Below are positions 28,557-37,995 of a stretch of 64,000 nucleotides of DNA, piece after piece; the first letter of the stretch is position 1, and each line of letters begins with the position of its first letter. The notes beneath the pieces were generated by a model. It was not told the origin of the DNA. It saw only the letters and a program-made list of their open reading frames with translations, and ran no database searches. The translations under genes were made by a program, and so were the position numbers. Location of the stretch: contig CAWHTE010000001.1 of the NCBI GenBank assembly GCA_963832165.1, forward strand, positions 83,855 through 147,854. The letters run 5' to 3'. Source of the DNA: an uncultured delta proteobacterium. GTDB lineage: Bacteria > Myxococcota_A > UBA9160 > SMWR01.

Positions 28557-29009
28557 ATGGCCCCGCGAGCGGCAGTGGCCGCCGCGCGTCGCGACGTCGC
28601 CGGGGTGCGACTCCACGAAACGCGCGTGGAGCTCGACGTTCCGTTCCACCACGTCGACGCGCTCGGGATCGTCTGGCACGGGCACTATCCGAAGTACTTC
28701 GAGGCGGCGGGCATGGCGCTCCTGCGCAAGCTCACGCTCGACGGCGGCGATCTGATCGGCGAGCGCTATCGGCTCGTGGTGATCGAGACGGCGTGCCGCC
28801 ACGGATTCCCGCTGCGCTACGCCGACCGCGTCGCGGTCACGGCCTGGGTGTCCGAGTTCACGCGGCGCCTCGTGATCCGCTACGAGGTGCGCAACGAGAC
28901 CCACGGCCGCCGCGCCGCCCACGGCCACACGGCGCTCGCCACGCTCGACGCGGGCGGGCGCCTCCTGCTCGAGACGCCGGCCGAAATCGTGGCGCGGATC
29001 CGCGCGTGA
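28557..29009 (+). CDS. 4HBT-type hot-dog acyl-CoA/acyl-ACP thioesterase
   Basis: ATG 28557 lies 2 nt after the lyase stop. The YbgC/4HBT-like motif VPFHHVDALGIVWHGHYPKYFE is present. Confidence 0.75.
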   Translation: MAPRAAVAAARRDVAGVRLHETRVELDVPFHHVDALGIVWHGHYPKYFEAAGMALLRKLTLDGGDLIGERYRLVVIETACRHGFPLRYADRVAVTAWVSEFTRRLVIRYEVRNETHGRRAAHGHTALATLDAGGRLLLETPAEIVARIRA

Positions 29010-29042
29010 TCCAGTAGCATCGGTTTTCCGACGGAGGTTTGG

Positions 29043-29807
29043 ATGCAGACGGCCCCGGGCACACGACGAGATCCCCTGGAAGTTCCGCCGCACTCGCCGC
29101 TCACCGAGTATTACGAGCGCGATCGCCAGGAATACGTCGTCGATCTGTTCAACCGCACCGCGCAGCACTACGACACGATCGAGAGCCTGTTCCTGAAGGG
29201 CGGGCTCTGGTATCGGCGCTTCGGGATGAAGCGCGCGGGCATGAAGCCGGGGATGAAGGTCCTCGACATGGCGACCGGCACGGGCGCGGTCGCGCGCGGC
29301 GCCGTGCGCATCGTGGGTCCGACCGGGCGCGTGTTCGGCTGCGACCCCTCGCCGGGCATGCTCGCTCAGGCCAAGAAGGTGTTCAAAGGGCCGCTCACGC
29401 ATGGCGTCGGCGATGCGCTGCCGTTCAAGAGCGAGTATTTCGATTTCGTGACGATGGGCATCGCGCTGCGCCACGTATCGAGCCTCGCGCGCACGTTCGA
29501 GGAGTACCTGCGCGTGCTCAAGCCCGGCGGGCGCGCCTGGATCCTCGAGGGCCACGTGCCGAAGTCGAAGCTCGGCCACAGCGTGACGCGCTTCGTGTGG
29601 GCGAAGCTGATCCCGGGCATGACGCTCGTCTCGACGGGCAGCCGCGAGGCGAAGCTGCTCATGGACTACTACTGGGACACGGTCGAGAAGTGCGTGCCGC
29701 CCGAGACGATCGTGGCCGCGATGCGCGATGCGGGATTCGCGAACGTGAAGTTCGAGGTGGTGGTCCCGGGCGCGTTCTGCGAGTACACGGGCACGAGACC
29801 GAAGTAG
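29043..29807 (+). CDS. Class I SAM-dependent methyltransferase (UbiE/MenG-like)
   Basis: Motif I is VLDMATGTGAVA. The region LPFKSEYFDFVTMGIALRHV and LKPGGRAWILE are also present. Confidence 0.85.
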   Translation: MQTAPGTRRDPLEVPPHSPLTEYYERDRQEYVVDLFNRTAQHYDTIESLFLKGGLWYRRFGMKRAGMKPGMKVLDMATGTGAVARGAVRIVGPTGRVFGCDPSPGMLAQAKKVFKGPLTHGVGDALPFKSEYFDFVTMGIALRHVSSLARTFEEYLRVLKPGGRAWILEGHVPKSKLGHSVTRFVWAKLIPGMTLVSTGSREAKLLMDYYWDTVEKCVPPETIVAAMRDAGFANVKFEVVVPGAFCEYTGTRPK

Positions 29808-29819
29808 GCTGGCTGTAAC

Positions 29820-29848
29820 GGCGGGATCCGCCTTCGGCTCCTCCCGCC
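29820..29848. terminator. Hairpin between convergent methyltransferase genes
   Basis: GGCGGGA (29820-29826) pairs with TCCCGCC (29842-29848) around a 15-nt loop that contains GCC-TTC-GGC. It lies between the stops at 29807 and 29849. Confidence 0.4.
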
Positions 29849-30874
29849 CTACTTGTAGGCGACCGCTGCGCTGGCTGGGCCGCGCAGCGGGATCACCTCG
29901 GTGCGCGAGAAGCCCGCGTCGCGGCACCAGCCCGCGAAGTCGGCGCCCGTGTAGTCGAACGCTTCTCCGAACTCGATCAGCATGTTGAGCGACATGAGCA
30001 GGCCGAATGCGTTGGTGCGGCGCTCGTCGTCGATCAGATTCTCGATCGCGATGAACGCGCCGCCGTCGGGCAGCGCGTCGTAGGCCTTCGCGATCAGCAT
30101 GCGCTTGTGCTCGAGATTCCAGTCGTGGAGGATCATGCCCATCGTGATCACGTCCGCGCGCGGCAGCGCGTCCGTGAAGAAGTCGCCCGAGGCGGTCTTC
30201 ACGCGGCCGCCGAGCCCCTCCGCGGCGATCGCGCGCTTCGCGATCGGCTCGACGACGGGCAGGTCCCACGACGTGCAGGCGAGATGCGGATGGCGCGCCG
30301 CGATCAGGCGCGAGAGCAGCCCGTTCGCGCCGCCGATGTCGCAGACCGTCTTGTAGCGCGAGAAGTCGAACTTCTCCGCGAGCGCCTCGAAGTTCGGCCG
30401 CGAGATGCCCTGCATCGCGTTCATGAACCCTTCGAGCCGCGACTCGTCGCTGTACAGCGTCGCGAACATGGGCGCGCCCGTGTGCTTGATCTCGTTCTGC
30501 GGCTTGCCCGTGCGCAGCGCTTCGGTGAGATCGCCCCAGTAGCTGTACAGACGCGCTTCCAGCATCTCGAGCATCCCGCCCACGTAGGTCGGCTTGGCGC
30601 GGTCGAGGAAGTGGTCGGTCAGCGCGGTGTTGCGGTAGACCGCGCTCGCGCCGTTGCCGTCGCGCTCGAGGAAGCCGAGCGCGACGAGCGCGTCGAACAG
30701 GTCCATCGAGCCGCGCGGATGGATCCCGAGCGCGGCGCCGAGCCCGTCGCGCGTGCGCGGCTTCACCGCGAGCTCCGTGAACACGCCGAGCTCGACGGCG
30801 GAGAGCAATACCTTCGAAGACCAGAACCCGAAGCCGAGGTCGAGAATCGGTTTGGGATCGAGCGGCGCGGTCAT
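29849..30874 (-). CDS. O-methyltransferase (dimerisation domain plus class I SAM domain)
   Basis: The start is ATG 30874 (ATGA overlap with the upstream stop at 30871). The SAM motif is VCDIGGANGLL. MILHDWNLEHK is typical of the COMT/CrtF-like family. Confidence 0.85.
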   Translation of the reverse strand: MTAPLDPKPILDLGFGFWSSKVLLSAVELGVFTELAVKPRTRDGLGAALGIHPRGSMDLFDALVALGFLERDGNGASAVYRNTALTDHFLDRAKPTYVGGMLEMLEARLYSYWGDLTEALRTGKPQNEIKHTGAPMFATLYSDESRLEGFMNAMQGISRPNFEALAEKFDFSRYKTVCDIGGANGLLSRLIAARHPHLACTSWDLPVVEPIAKRAIAAEGLGGRVKTASGDFFTDALPRADVITMGMILHDWNLEHKRMLIAKAYDALPDGGAFIAIENLIDDERRTNAFGLLMSLNMLIEFGEAFDYTGADFAGWCRDAGFSRTEVIPLRGPASAAVAYK

Positions 30875-31305
30875 TTCGCCACCGGCTTCTCGATCTTGGC
30901 GCCGTCCATCGACCAGTAGCCGCGCAGCGCCTTGATCCTGTGCTCGTCGTCGATCGTGTACGTGAAGATGCCGTGCACGCTCATCTTCGTCCCATTCGGG
31001 AACGTGGTCGTGAGCGTGAGCACGTGCGCGGACTCGTTGCCGGCCGCGAACGACTCGTGCGCGGTGATCTCGACGCTCTGCGTCGGCGCGAGATTCTTGT
31101 CCCAGAACTCCTCGGCCTCGCCCTTGCCGCGAAAGCCCTTGCCCGTGGGATTGGTCGGGCCGATTCCGATCGGGTCCTCGATCGCCACGTCCTCGGCCAT
31201 CAGCTCGAGCCACTGCTCGCGCGCGCGCGCCTGCACGCAGCGCCAGGAGTGGTGCGCAGCCAGTATCGCGGGGTGAATGTCCTTGCTGCTCATGGGATCC
31301 TCCAC
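30871..31305 (-). CDS. SnoaL-like / ketosteroid-isomerase-like NTF2-fold protein
   Basis: The protein is 144 aa and non-biased, with a pattern typical of NTF2-like small enzymes (W..C......W..L...D..I.DP). The start may be the second ATG, 12 nt downstream. Confidence 0.6.
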   Translation of the reverse strand: MEDPMSSKDIHPAILAAHHSWRCVQARAREQWLELMAEDVAIEDPIGIGPTNPTGKGFRGKGEAEEFWDKNLAPTQSVEITAHESFAAGNESAHVLTLTTTFPNGTKMSVHGIFTYTIDDEHRIKALRGYWSMDGAKIEKPVAK

Positions 31306-31314
31306 GAGTCCAGA

Positions 31315-33290
31315 TTACAGCGCTGCGGCGACGCGTGTCGCCTCCTCGGTGGCCTTGCGGATCAGACCCAGGCCCGTGCAGTCGCCGACCGCGTGGGCTT
31401 CGGGGACCTCACCCTTCACGGCGTCGAAGAACGAGGTATCGGCCTCGAGCTCGCCCGCGATCACGATCGTGTCGGCGAGGATCTCGTGGCGCGAGCCGCG
31501 CTCGGGCCGGATCGCGATGCCGCGCGGCGTGATCTCCTCGTACGCGACGCCCGTGTTCACGGCGACGCCGAGCCGGTCGAGCGCGTCCATGTGCTCGGTG
31601 AGGCGCTTGGTGCCGACCTCGGGCGCGAGCCGCTCGCCGCGCTCCACGATCGTCACGGTGCGCCCGCGCAGCGCGAGCAGCTCGGCGAGCTCGAGCGCGG
31701 CGAGGTCGGCGCCGACCACCACCACGCGCTTGCCGAACGGCATCCACAGACGCGAGGCAGCGCGCAGCTGCAGCGGAGAGAGCCAGCGCGCCGCGGGCCG
31801 CAGCCACTGGCGCAGCTGCGGGCCGCTCTTCACGTGCCGCTGATCGTCGCCGGGGATCTTCGGCAGCACGACGCGGCCGCCCGTCGCGACCACGACCGCG
31901 TCGGGCGCGAGCGCGCGCACCGCTTCGGGGGAGAGCGCGCGGCCGCGCCGGATCTCGATCGGCAGACGCGCCACTTCGCTGCGCAGGAACGCGAGGAACG
32001 ACGCGTTCTCGGGGTGCGCCATCGCGGCCCAGACCAGCGAGCCGCCGAGGTAATGCTCGCGCTCGACGAGCGTCACGCGGTGGCCGCGCAGCGCCGCGAG
32101 TCGCGCGGTCTCGAGCCCGCCCGGCCCCGCGCCCACGATCACGACGCGCTTGGGCGCGGACGTCGGCGCGAGCGAGAGCTCGCTCTCGCGGCCGGAGAGC
32201 CCGTTGACCGCGCAGCTCATGTTCGCGCTCTCCATCGAGTCGATGCAGTTCTCGCAGGAGATGCATGACCGCGGATCTGCGCGCGGCGCCGCGTGCGCAG
32301 CTTCTCGGGCAGGTCCGGGTCGGCGAGCAGCGGGCGCGCCATCACGATCAGATCGGCATCGCCGCGCTGCAGAATCGCCTCGGCGAGATCGGGATCGTGG
32401 ATCCGGCCGACCGTCATCACGGGCACGTCGACGGCGTTCTTCACCGCGCGCGCCCCGCCGACGTTGTGCGCGGGGCCCCAGTGCGATCCCGTGATGATCA
32501 TGGAAGTGAGCCGGTCGATCACGCCGCCCGACACGTGGAACGCGTCGACGCCGGCCTCCACGAGCCGCGGCGCGATGCGCGCCGTGTCGTCGATCGTGCG
32601 CCCGCCCGGCGTGCGCTCGTACCCCGAGATGCGCAGCGTGATCGGGAAGTCGGCGCCGACCTCCCGGCGGATCGCGCCGAGTACCTCGAGGAGGAATCGC
32701 AGCCGCGTGTCGCGCTTGCGACCCGCATACTCGTCGCCGCGCTTGTTGCGCCACGGCGAGAGGAACGAGCCGAGCAGCATGTAGCCGTGCGCCGCGTGCA
32801 GCTCGATGCCGTCGTAGCCGGCCTCGCGCACGCGCCGCACCGCCGACGCGTACTGGTCGAGGATCGCGGGCAGCTCGTCGGCCGCGAGCTCGCGCGAGGG
32901 CGAGCCCGTGAGGTAGGACGTGACCACCGACGGGCCCAGGCTCGGGATCTTCTCCATCTGCGGCGAGAGCGCATCCGGGCCCGCGTGCACGATCTGCGGC
33001 TGCACCTTGGCGCCGTGGGCGTGGATCGCATCCGTGATCGCGCGGTGCGCGTCGATCACGTCGTCGCTCGAGAAGTGCATCGACTGGGGCACTTCGCGGT
33101 GCCGGCGGTCGACCACGCACGCCTCCAGCGTGATCAGGCCCACGCCGCCGCGCGCGCGCGCGGCCAGGTAGTCGATCAGGCGGCGCGTGGGCAGCTGGTC
33201 GAGACCCGCGTAGCCCGTCGTCATCGGCGACATCACGATCCGGTTCTTGAGCTGCATGCTCCCGATCGAGATCGGTTCGAGGAGCAACAT
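31315..33290 (-). pseudogene. 2,4-dienoyl-CoA reductase (FadH)-like enzyme: OYE-type FMN domain, Fe-S linker, FAD/NAD(P) domain; frame switch near 32268-32275 as assembled
   Basis: The OYE domain lies in ORF 32217..33290 (MSPMTTGY, HAAHGYLL-like HAAHGYMLLGSFLSP). CISCENCIDS and the VVIVGAGPGGLE Rossmann part lie in the frame of ORF 31315..35754. Confidence 0.8.
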
Positions 33291-33301
33291 TGTTCGATCT
33301 C

Positions 33302-33367
33302 CGCTCGCCTACGGCTCGCTGCGCGCGCCCTTCCGATGGCCTTCGCTCGCCTGCGACTCGCTGCGCG
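33302..33367. repeat. Two 24-nt units of a short repeat family (copy A), 42-nt period
   Basis: CGCTCGCCTACGGCTCGCTGCGCG (33302-33325) and CGCTCGCCTGCGACTCGCTGCGCG (33344-33367) match at 22 of 24 positions. They are related to 47146-47169 and share the flank GCGCGCCCTTC...GGCCTTCGC with 47086-47110. Confidence 0.6.
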
Positions 33368-34862
33368 AAACTTGCGGGCGCTTGCTGGGGGCTGGTTCCC
33401 ATGCGGGCATCGCGGCCGCATTGCGGCCCGCGACGCGTCCGAAGAAGGTCGCCTCGCCGATCGAGAGCCCGCTCGCATAGCCGCGGCCCTCGAGGCACAG
33501 GCCCGCGGTATTGCGGCCCGCCGCGAACAGGCCCGGGATCACCGCGCCCTCGGGCGTGACCACCTCGGCGCTCGCGCGAATCGCGAGGCCGCCCAGCGTG
33601 AACACTCCGTAGAACGAGTTCGCGGTGCTGCAATCGAGCGCCGCGAACGGCGGCACCGAGAGCGGGCGCAGGTACTTGGGCGCCTTGTGGAAGAGCGGAT
33701 CCTCGCCGCGCGCGGCCGCGCGGTTGTAGCTCTCGAGCGTGTGCACGAGCTCTCCCTCGGGCATGTCCAGCGCGCGCTCGAGCGCCTCGAATGATTCCTC
33801 GACCGCGGCGACCTTGTGCAGCGCCTGGGTGCGCCCGTAGATCTCGTCGTCGACGACGAGGTACGCGCGGCCGCTGCAGCGGTACACCATCGCGTCGCTC
33901 GTGCGCCCGAGATACGCGTCCTCGTTGATGAAGCGCTGACCCTGCGCGTTCACGAGCACGCCCTTGAGGTGGCTCGCAGGCGGGTAGTAGGCGTTCAGCA
34001 CGAGGCCCTCGTGCATGTTCGCGGTCGCCGCGCCCGCGCCGGCGCCGATCCGGATCCCGAGGCCGTCGTCGCCGGGCGAGGCGGCCTTCCAGTTGCACTG
34101 GAGCAGCTCGGGCGCGTGCTCCGCGACCATCGCCGGGTTCATGATGAAGCCGCCCGCGCACAGGATCACGCCGCGGCGCGCCGCGATCGCGAGCTCGGCG
34201 CCCGCATGCTTCGCGATCACGCCGACGACGCGCCCGTCCTCGCGCTGCACGAGGCGCAGCGCCATCGTGTCGTTCAACACCGCGGCGCCGGCACCGTCGC
34301 TCGCGCGCAGCAGGCACTCCATCAGGTAGCCGCCCGCCTCGCCCGCGCGCGCGGGCTTGTGGCCGCGCGGCGCGGGGACCGCGGCCTCCGCGAACGGGTG
34401 CACCTCCTCGTTGCCGCTGTAGAAAAGGCATTCGTCGCCGAACGTGTGGGTGGTCTTCTCCGCGACGTAGCTCTCGCGGAACTCGACGCCGTGCGAGCTG
34501 ATCCACGCGAAGTGCTCGAGGCTCTGCTCGCAGAACGCGCGCACCTTCTCCTCGTCGGACTGTGTGCCCGCGGCCATCCGCACGTGCTTGAACATCTCCT
34601 CGACGGAGTCCTCGAAGCCGCACGCCTTCTGGATCCGCGTGCCGGCGCCGAAGTACATCACGCCGGTCGAGAGCGCCGTGGTGCCGCCGCCGCGCCCCAT
34701 CCGCTCGAGCACGAGCGTGTCCGCGCCCGCGCGCGCCGACTCGATCGCGGCGCACGCGCCCGCGCTGCCGTGTCCCACGATCACGACGTCGTGCACGCGG
34801 TCCCAGCCCGAGAGCGACTCGGCGCGCTGCGCGCGGGTCGGGCTCGGGTCCCGATCGGACAC
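33309..34862 (-). CDS. FAD-binding dehydrogenase, 3-ketosteroid-delta1-dehydrogenase / fumarate reductase flavoprotein family
   Basis: The start is GTG 34862. The dinucleotide-binding motif VVIVGHGSAGACAAIESARAG is present, as is the C-terminal LFAAGRNTAG. The last approximately 30 codons run into the repeat element and may not belong to the native C-terminus. Confidence 0.8.
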   Translation of the reverse strand: MSDRDPSPTRAQRAESLSGWDRVHDVVIVGHGSAGACAAIESARAGADTLVLERMGRGGGTTALSTGVMYFGAGTRIQKACGFEDSVEEMFKHVRMAAGTQSDEEKVRAFCEQSLEHFAWISSHGVEFRESYVAEKTTHTFGDECLFYSGNEEVHPFAEAAVPAPRGHKPARAGEAGGYLMECLLRASDGAGAAVLNDTMALRLVQREDGRVVGVIAKHAGAELAIAARRGVILCAGGFIMNPAMVAEHAPELLQCNWKAASPGDDGLGIRIGAGAGAATANMHEGLVLNAYYPPASHLKGVLVNAQGQRFINEDAYLGRTSDAMVYRCSGRAYLVVDDEIYGRTQALHKVAAVEESFEALERALDMPEGELVHTLESYNRAAARGEDPLFHKAPKYLRPLSVPPFAALDCSTANSFYGVFTLGGLAIRASAEVVTPEGAVIPGLFAAGRNTAGLCLEGRGYASGLSIGEATFFGRVAGRNAAAMPAWEPAPSKRPQVSRSESQASEGHRKGARSEP

Positions 34863-34865
34863 GGC

Positions 34866-35732
34866 CTAGACCCGCCGAGCGAGCTCGGCCAGCTCGTCGA
34901 CGAAGCGCAGCATGCCGTCGATCGCGGACGGTCCGGCGAAGCCCGCGGGCGAGAGCGCCACGAGCCGGTGCACGCCGAGCTCCGCATACTGCTTCACGAG
35001 GTCGGGCGTGATCGGCGGCGGCGGCGTCACGCTGATCTCGAGCGGCCCGAGGTTCGCGGGACGCAGACCGGCGCGCTCCGCCTCGCGGATCCAGTCGAGC
35101 GAGCGCGCGGTGAGCTCGGGGTTGGTGAAGAAGCCGTACCAGCCGTTGCCGCGCGCGGCTGCGCGCCGCGCGGCGGGCCGGCTCATCCCGCCGATCACGA
35201 TCGGCGGGTGCGGCTTCTGCACCGGACGCGGGTGCGCATCGATACCCGAGAAGCGGAAATAACGGCCCGAGAACGTCGGCTTCTCCTGGGTCCAGAGCGC
35301 GCGCAGCGCGTCGATCGCCTCGTCGGTGATCGCGCCGCGCTCCTCGTAGTTCGCGCCGAGCGCGCGGAACTCGGGCTCCAGGTAGCCCGCGCCGAGGCCG
35401 AAGATCAGCCGTCCACCCGACACGGCGTCGACGCTCGCGAGCTCCTTCGCGAGCTCCACGGGGTTGCGCTGCGGCAGGATGATGATGCCCGTGGCGAGCT
35501 TGACTCGCTGCGTGTGCGCCGCGAGGTGTGCGAGCGCGACCGACGGATCCAGGAACGGCGTGCGCGGCGCTGCGGGCGACGGCGGCGCCTGCGGGTCGGG
35601 CAGCACGACGTGCTCGCCGGTCCAGAGCGATTCGAGCTCGGATTCCTCCGCGTGGCGCGCGACGTGCACCATCGCGGCTACGTCCGCGCACAGGCCGAAG
35701 TTGATCCCGAACAGTCCGATCTTCATGTCCAT
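34866..35732 (-). CDS. Luciferase-like (LLM class) flavin/F420-dependent oxidoreductase
   Basis: The LLM pattern is present (GINFG, LATGIIILPQRNP, RLIFGLGAGY, PHPPIVIGG). Its start codon overlaps the upstream TAA by 1 nt (TAATG). Confidence 0.8.
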   Translation of the reverse strand: MDMKIGLFGINFGLCADVAAMVHVARHAEESELESLWTGEHVVLPDPQAPPSPAAPRTPFLDPSVALAHLAAHTQRVKLATGIIILPQRNPVELAKELASVDAVSGGRLIFGLGAGYLEPEFRALGANYEERGAITDEAIDALRALWTQEKPTFSGRYFRFSGIDAHPRPVQKPHPPIVIGGMSRPAARRAAARGNGWYGFFTNPELTARSLDWIREAERAGLRPANLGPLEISVTPPPPITPDLVKQYAELGVHRLVALSPAGFAGPSAIDGMLRFVDELAELARRV

Positions 35733-37420
35733 TACGCTCCGCGCAGTACCTCACCCGGCAGTGCGCCGGTGGGTTTGCCGTGCTCCATCGCGGGCACGCC
35801 GTTCACGATCACCATCTCGTAGCCCTGGGCATCGACGAAGTAGCGCTCGGTGCCGGCCGGGAAGTCGCGCACCACGGTGTGCTCGCTCGCAGAGAGATTC
35901 GCGCGATCGAAGAGCACGAGGTCGGCCTTCGCGCCGGTGCGGATCACGCCGCGGTCGACGAGCCCGTGCACCGCGGCCGGCATGCCCGCGAGCCGCCACA
36001 CCGCGTGCTCGAGCGAGATCGGATCGGGCACCCAGTCGGTGAGCAGAAGCGTCGTGTAGTCGGCTCCCGTGAAGCTCGCGAGGTGGGCGCCGCCGTCGCT
36101 CGAGCCCGCCATCACGAGCGGATCGAGCACCGACTCGCGCACGACGTTGGCGATGAACGCCTGCGCAGCGGGATTCGGCCGCGTGCGCCAGCCCGTCTGG
36201 AGATCCTCGGCGATCGACACGTCGAGGAACGCGTCGAGCGGGTCGCCGCCGCGCTCGGCCGCGAGCTCGACGGCCGAGCGGCCGATCCACGCGCGGTTCT
36301 TCTCGTCGCGTACGTATTCGACCTCGAGCACCTCGATCGGGAACGGCGCCGCGCGCTGGACGCTCTTGAGCTCGTGGCGCATCCGGTCGCGCAGCGCCGG
36401 ATCGGCGAGCTTGCGGCAGCGCTCCGCGACGCTGCCCCCCTGGAGTGCGGAGAGCCACGCGGGCATCTCGTCGAACACGAACGTGTCGGCGAGCCGCAGG
36501 TGCAGTCCGAGCCGCTGCGAGGTGAACTGCGGGTGGATCCGCACGCCGCGAGCGCGCGCCTCGTGCATGAACTCGAGCGTGCGCTGCCAGGCCATCGGGG
36601 CGTCGGGCGTGGGGCCGAGCGGCCCGATCTCGACCGGCTTGCCCGACGCGGCGGCGATCGCGTAGAGCAGCGCGCGGTCGGCGTCGTCGTGTCCGACCGA
36701 GTGACTGCGCGGGATGATCTCGATCGCGCCGTACGGGAACTCCGCGAGCACCGAGCACAGCTCGGTGATCTCCTCGGGCGTCGCGAAGTTCGACGGCACG
36801 CCGCGTCCGTCGGCGCCGACGTGGATGTCGAGCTGCGAGGTGGAGAATCCGACCGCGCCCTCGCGCATCGCCGCGCGCACGAGCTCCTTCATCGCAAGCG
36901 TCTCGGCGGGCGTGGCGGCCCGCTCGGACGCCGCGTCGCCCATCACGTAGCGGCGCACCGCGGAGTGTCCGACGTAGCCTCCGACGTTCAGCGCGAGCTT
37001 GCCCTCGAGCCGGCGCCAGTAGTCGGCGAACCCGCCGCCCTTCCAGCGGAAGCCCTCGCGCATCGCGTCGCGCGACATTCCCTCGACGCGCGTGAGCATG
37101 CCCGTGAGCCAGTCGACGTCCTCGGGCCTGGCGGGGTAGAGCGTGAACCCGCAGTTGCCCGTGAGCACGGTGGTGACGCCGTGCTGCATCGCGGGCGAGG
37201 CGACCGGATCCCAGTCGAGCTGGACGTCGTAGTGCGTGTGCACGTCGATGAAGCCCGGTGCAACCACGAGCCCGTCCGCGTCGACCACGCGCAGCGCGTC
37301 GCCCGCGACGCGGCCGATCGCGGCGATCCGCCCGTCCCGTACTGCGATGTCGGCGGTGTAGCCCGGGAGCCCAGTGCCATCGACGACGTTGCCGCCGCGG
37401 AGCAAGAGGTCGTAGGTCAT
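35732..37420 (-). CDS. D-aminoacylase-type amidohydrolase
   Basis: The start is ATG 37420 with a GAGGTGGA SD. The metal site is PGFIDVHTHYD. The N-terminal part DLLLRGGNVVDGTG is typical of N-acyl-D-amino-acid deacylases. The remaining 321 N-terminal codons of ORF 35732..38383 are shadow sequence. Confidence 0.8.
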   Translation of the reverse strand: MTYDLLLRGGNVVDGTGLPGYTADIAVRDGRIAAIGRVAGDALRVVDADGLVVAPGFIDVHTHYDVQLDWDPVASPAMQHGVTTVLTGNCGFTLYPARPEDVDWLTGMLTRVEGMSRDAMREGFRWKGGGFADYWRRLEGKLALNVGGYVGHSAVRRYVMGDAASERAATPAETLAMKELVRAAMREGAVGFSTSQLDIHVGADGRGVPSNFATPEEITELCSVLAEFPYGAIEIIPRSHSVGHDDADRALLYAIAAASGKPVEIGPLGPTPDAPMAWQRTLEFMHEARARGVRIHPQFTSQRLGLHLRLADTFVFDEMPAWLSALQGGSVAERCRKLADPALRDRMRHELKSVQRAAPFPIEVLEVEYVRDEKNRAWIGRSAVELAAERGGDPLDAFLDVSIAEDLQTGWRTRPNPAAQAFIANVVRESVLDPLVMAGSSDGGAHLASFTGADYTTLLLTDWVPDPISLEHAVWRLAGMPAAVHGLVDRGVIRTGAKADLVLFDRANLSASEHTVVRDFPAGTERYFVDAQGYEMVIVNGVPAMEHGKPTGALPGEVLRGA

Positions 37421-37458
37421 TGGAGTTCCACCTCTTCGATGGGCGCTTGCGGACTTAC

Positions 37459-37488
37459 ATAGTACACGAAATGTTTTTGAGCGGTCAA
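37459..37488 (-). promoter_or_regulatory. Candidate sigma70 promoter for the amidohydrolase operon
   Basis: On the minus strand, TTGACC (37488-37483) is followed by an 18-nt AT-rich spacer and TACTAT (37464-37459), about 38 nt upstream of ATG 37420. This is the only AT-rich patch in the neighbourhood. Confidence 0.4.
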
Positions 37489-37491
37489 CGA

Positions 37492-37995
37492 CTAGAGCAC
37501 GATGGGCCGGTCCGGCTGCTCGCCGCGGCCCGGGCCGCGTGCGGGGAAGTGGCGCGCGAGCAGGTCGCTCGCCGCGCGGATCCCCGCGAGCGCGCCAGCC
37601 TCGTAGCGGCCCGCGCGCAGCTCGGTCTCCATCGCGCGGCAGATCGCCTCCCAGTCGGCAGGGCTCACCACCGCGGCGAGGCCGCGGTCGGCGACGATCT
37701 CGACGTCGCGGTCCGCGAGCAGGAGATAGATCAACACGCCCGTGTTGTGCTCGGTGTCCCAGACGCGCTGCTCGCTGAATACCTCGATCGCGCGCGCGCG
37801 CGGCGTGATACCGCGCAGGATCGCGCGCGGATCGAGCGCGCCTTCCACGGCGAACCGGATCTCGGGCTCGTGTCGCCGCTCGCCTTCCGCGATCGCGGCT
37901 TCGATCGCGCGCATCGCCGCGTCGGGGAAGCGCCGGTGCACGAGCGACGAGCTCGTGGCGAGATGACGCAGGAGTCGTGCCAGATCGATCACCAT
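37492..37995 (-). CDS. TPM-domain protein (second, soluble member of the LemA-TPM-TPM triad)
   Basis: The start is ATG 37995, in frame in ORF 37492..38208. The sequence EIRFAVEGALD...NTGVLIYLLLADRDVEIVADRG matches the TPM phosphatase-like fold pattern. Confidence 0.7.
   Translation of the reverse strand: MVIDLARLLRHLATSSSLVHRRFPDAAMRAIEAAIAEGERRHEPEIRFAVEGALDPRAILRGITPRARAIEVFSEQRVWDTEHNTGVLIYLLLADRDVEIVADRGLAAVVSPADWEAICRAMETELRAGRYEAGALAGIRAASDLLARHFPARGPGRGEQPDRPIVL

Noticed and set aside
33302-33367. Possible CRISPR array, because of direct repeats with a 42-nt period
   Set aside because: There are only two imperfect 24-nt units. The intervening 18 nt is itself shared with the second locus. 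No cas genes are present and there are no further repeat-spacer units.
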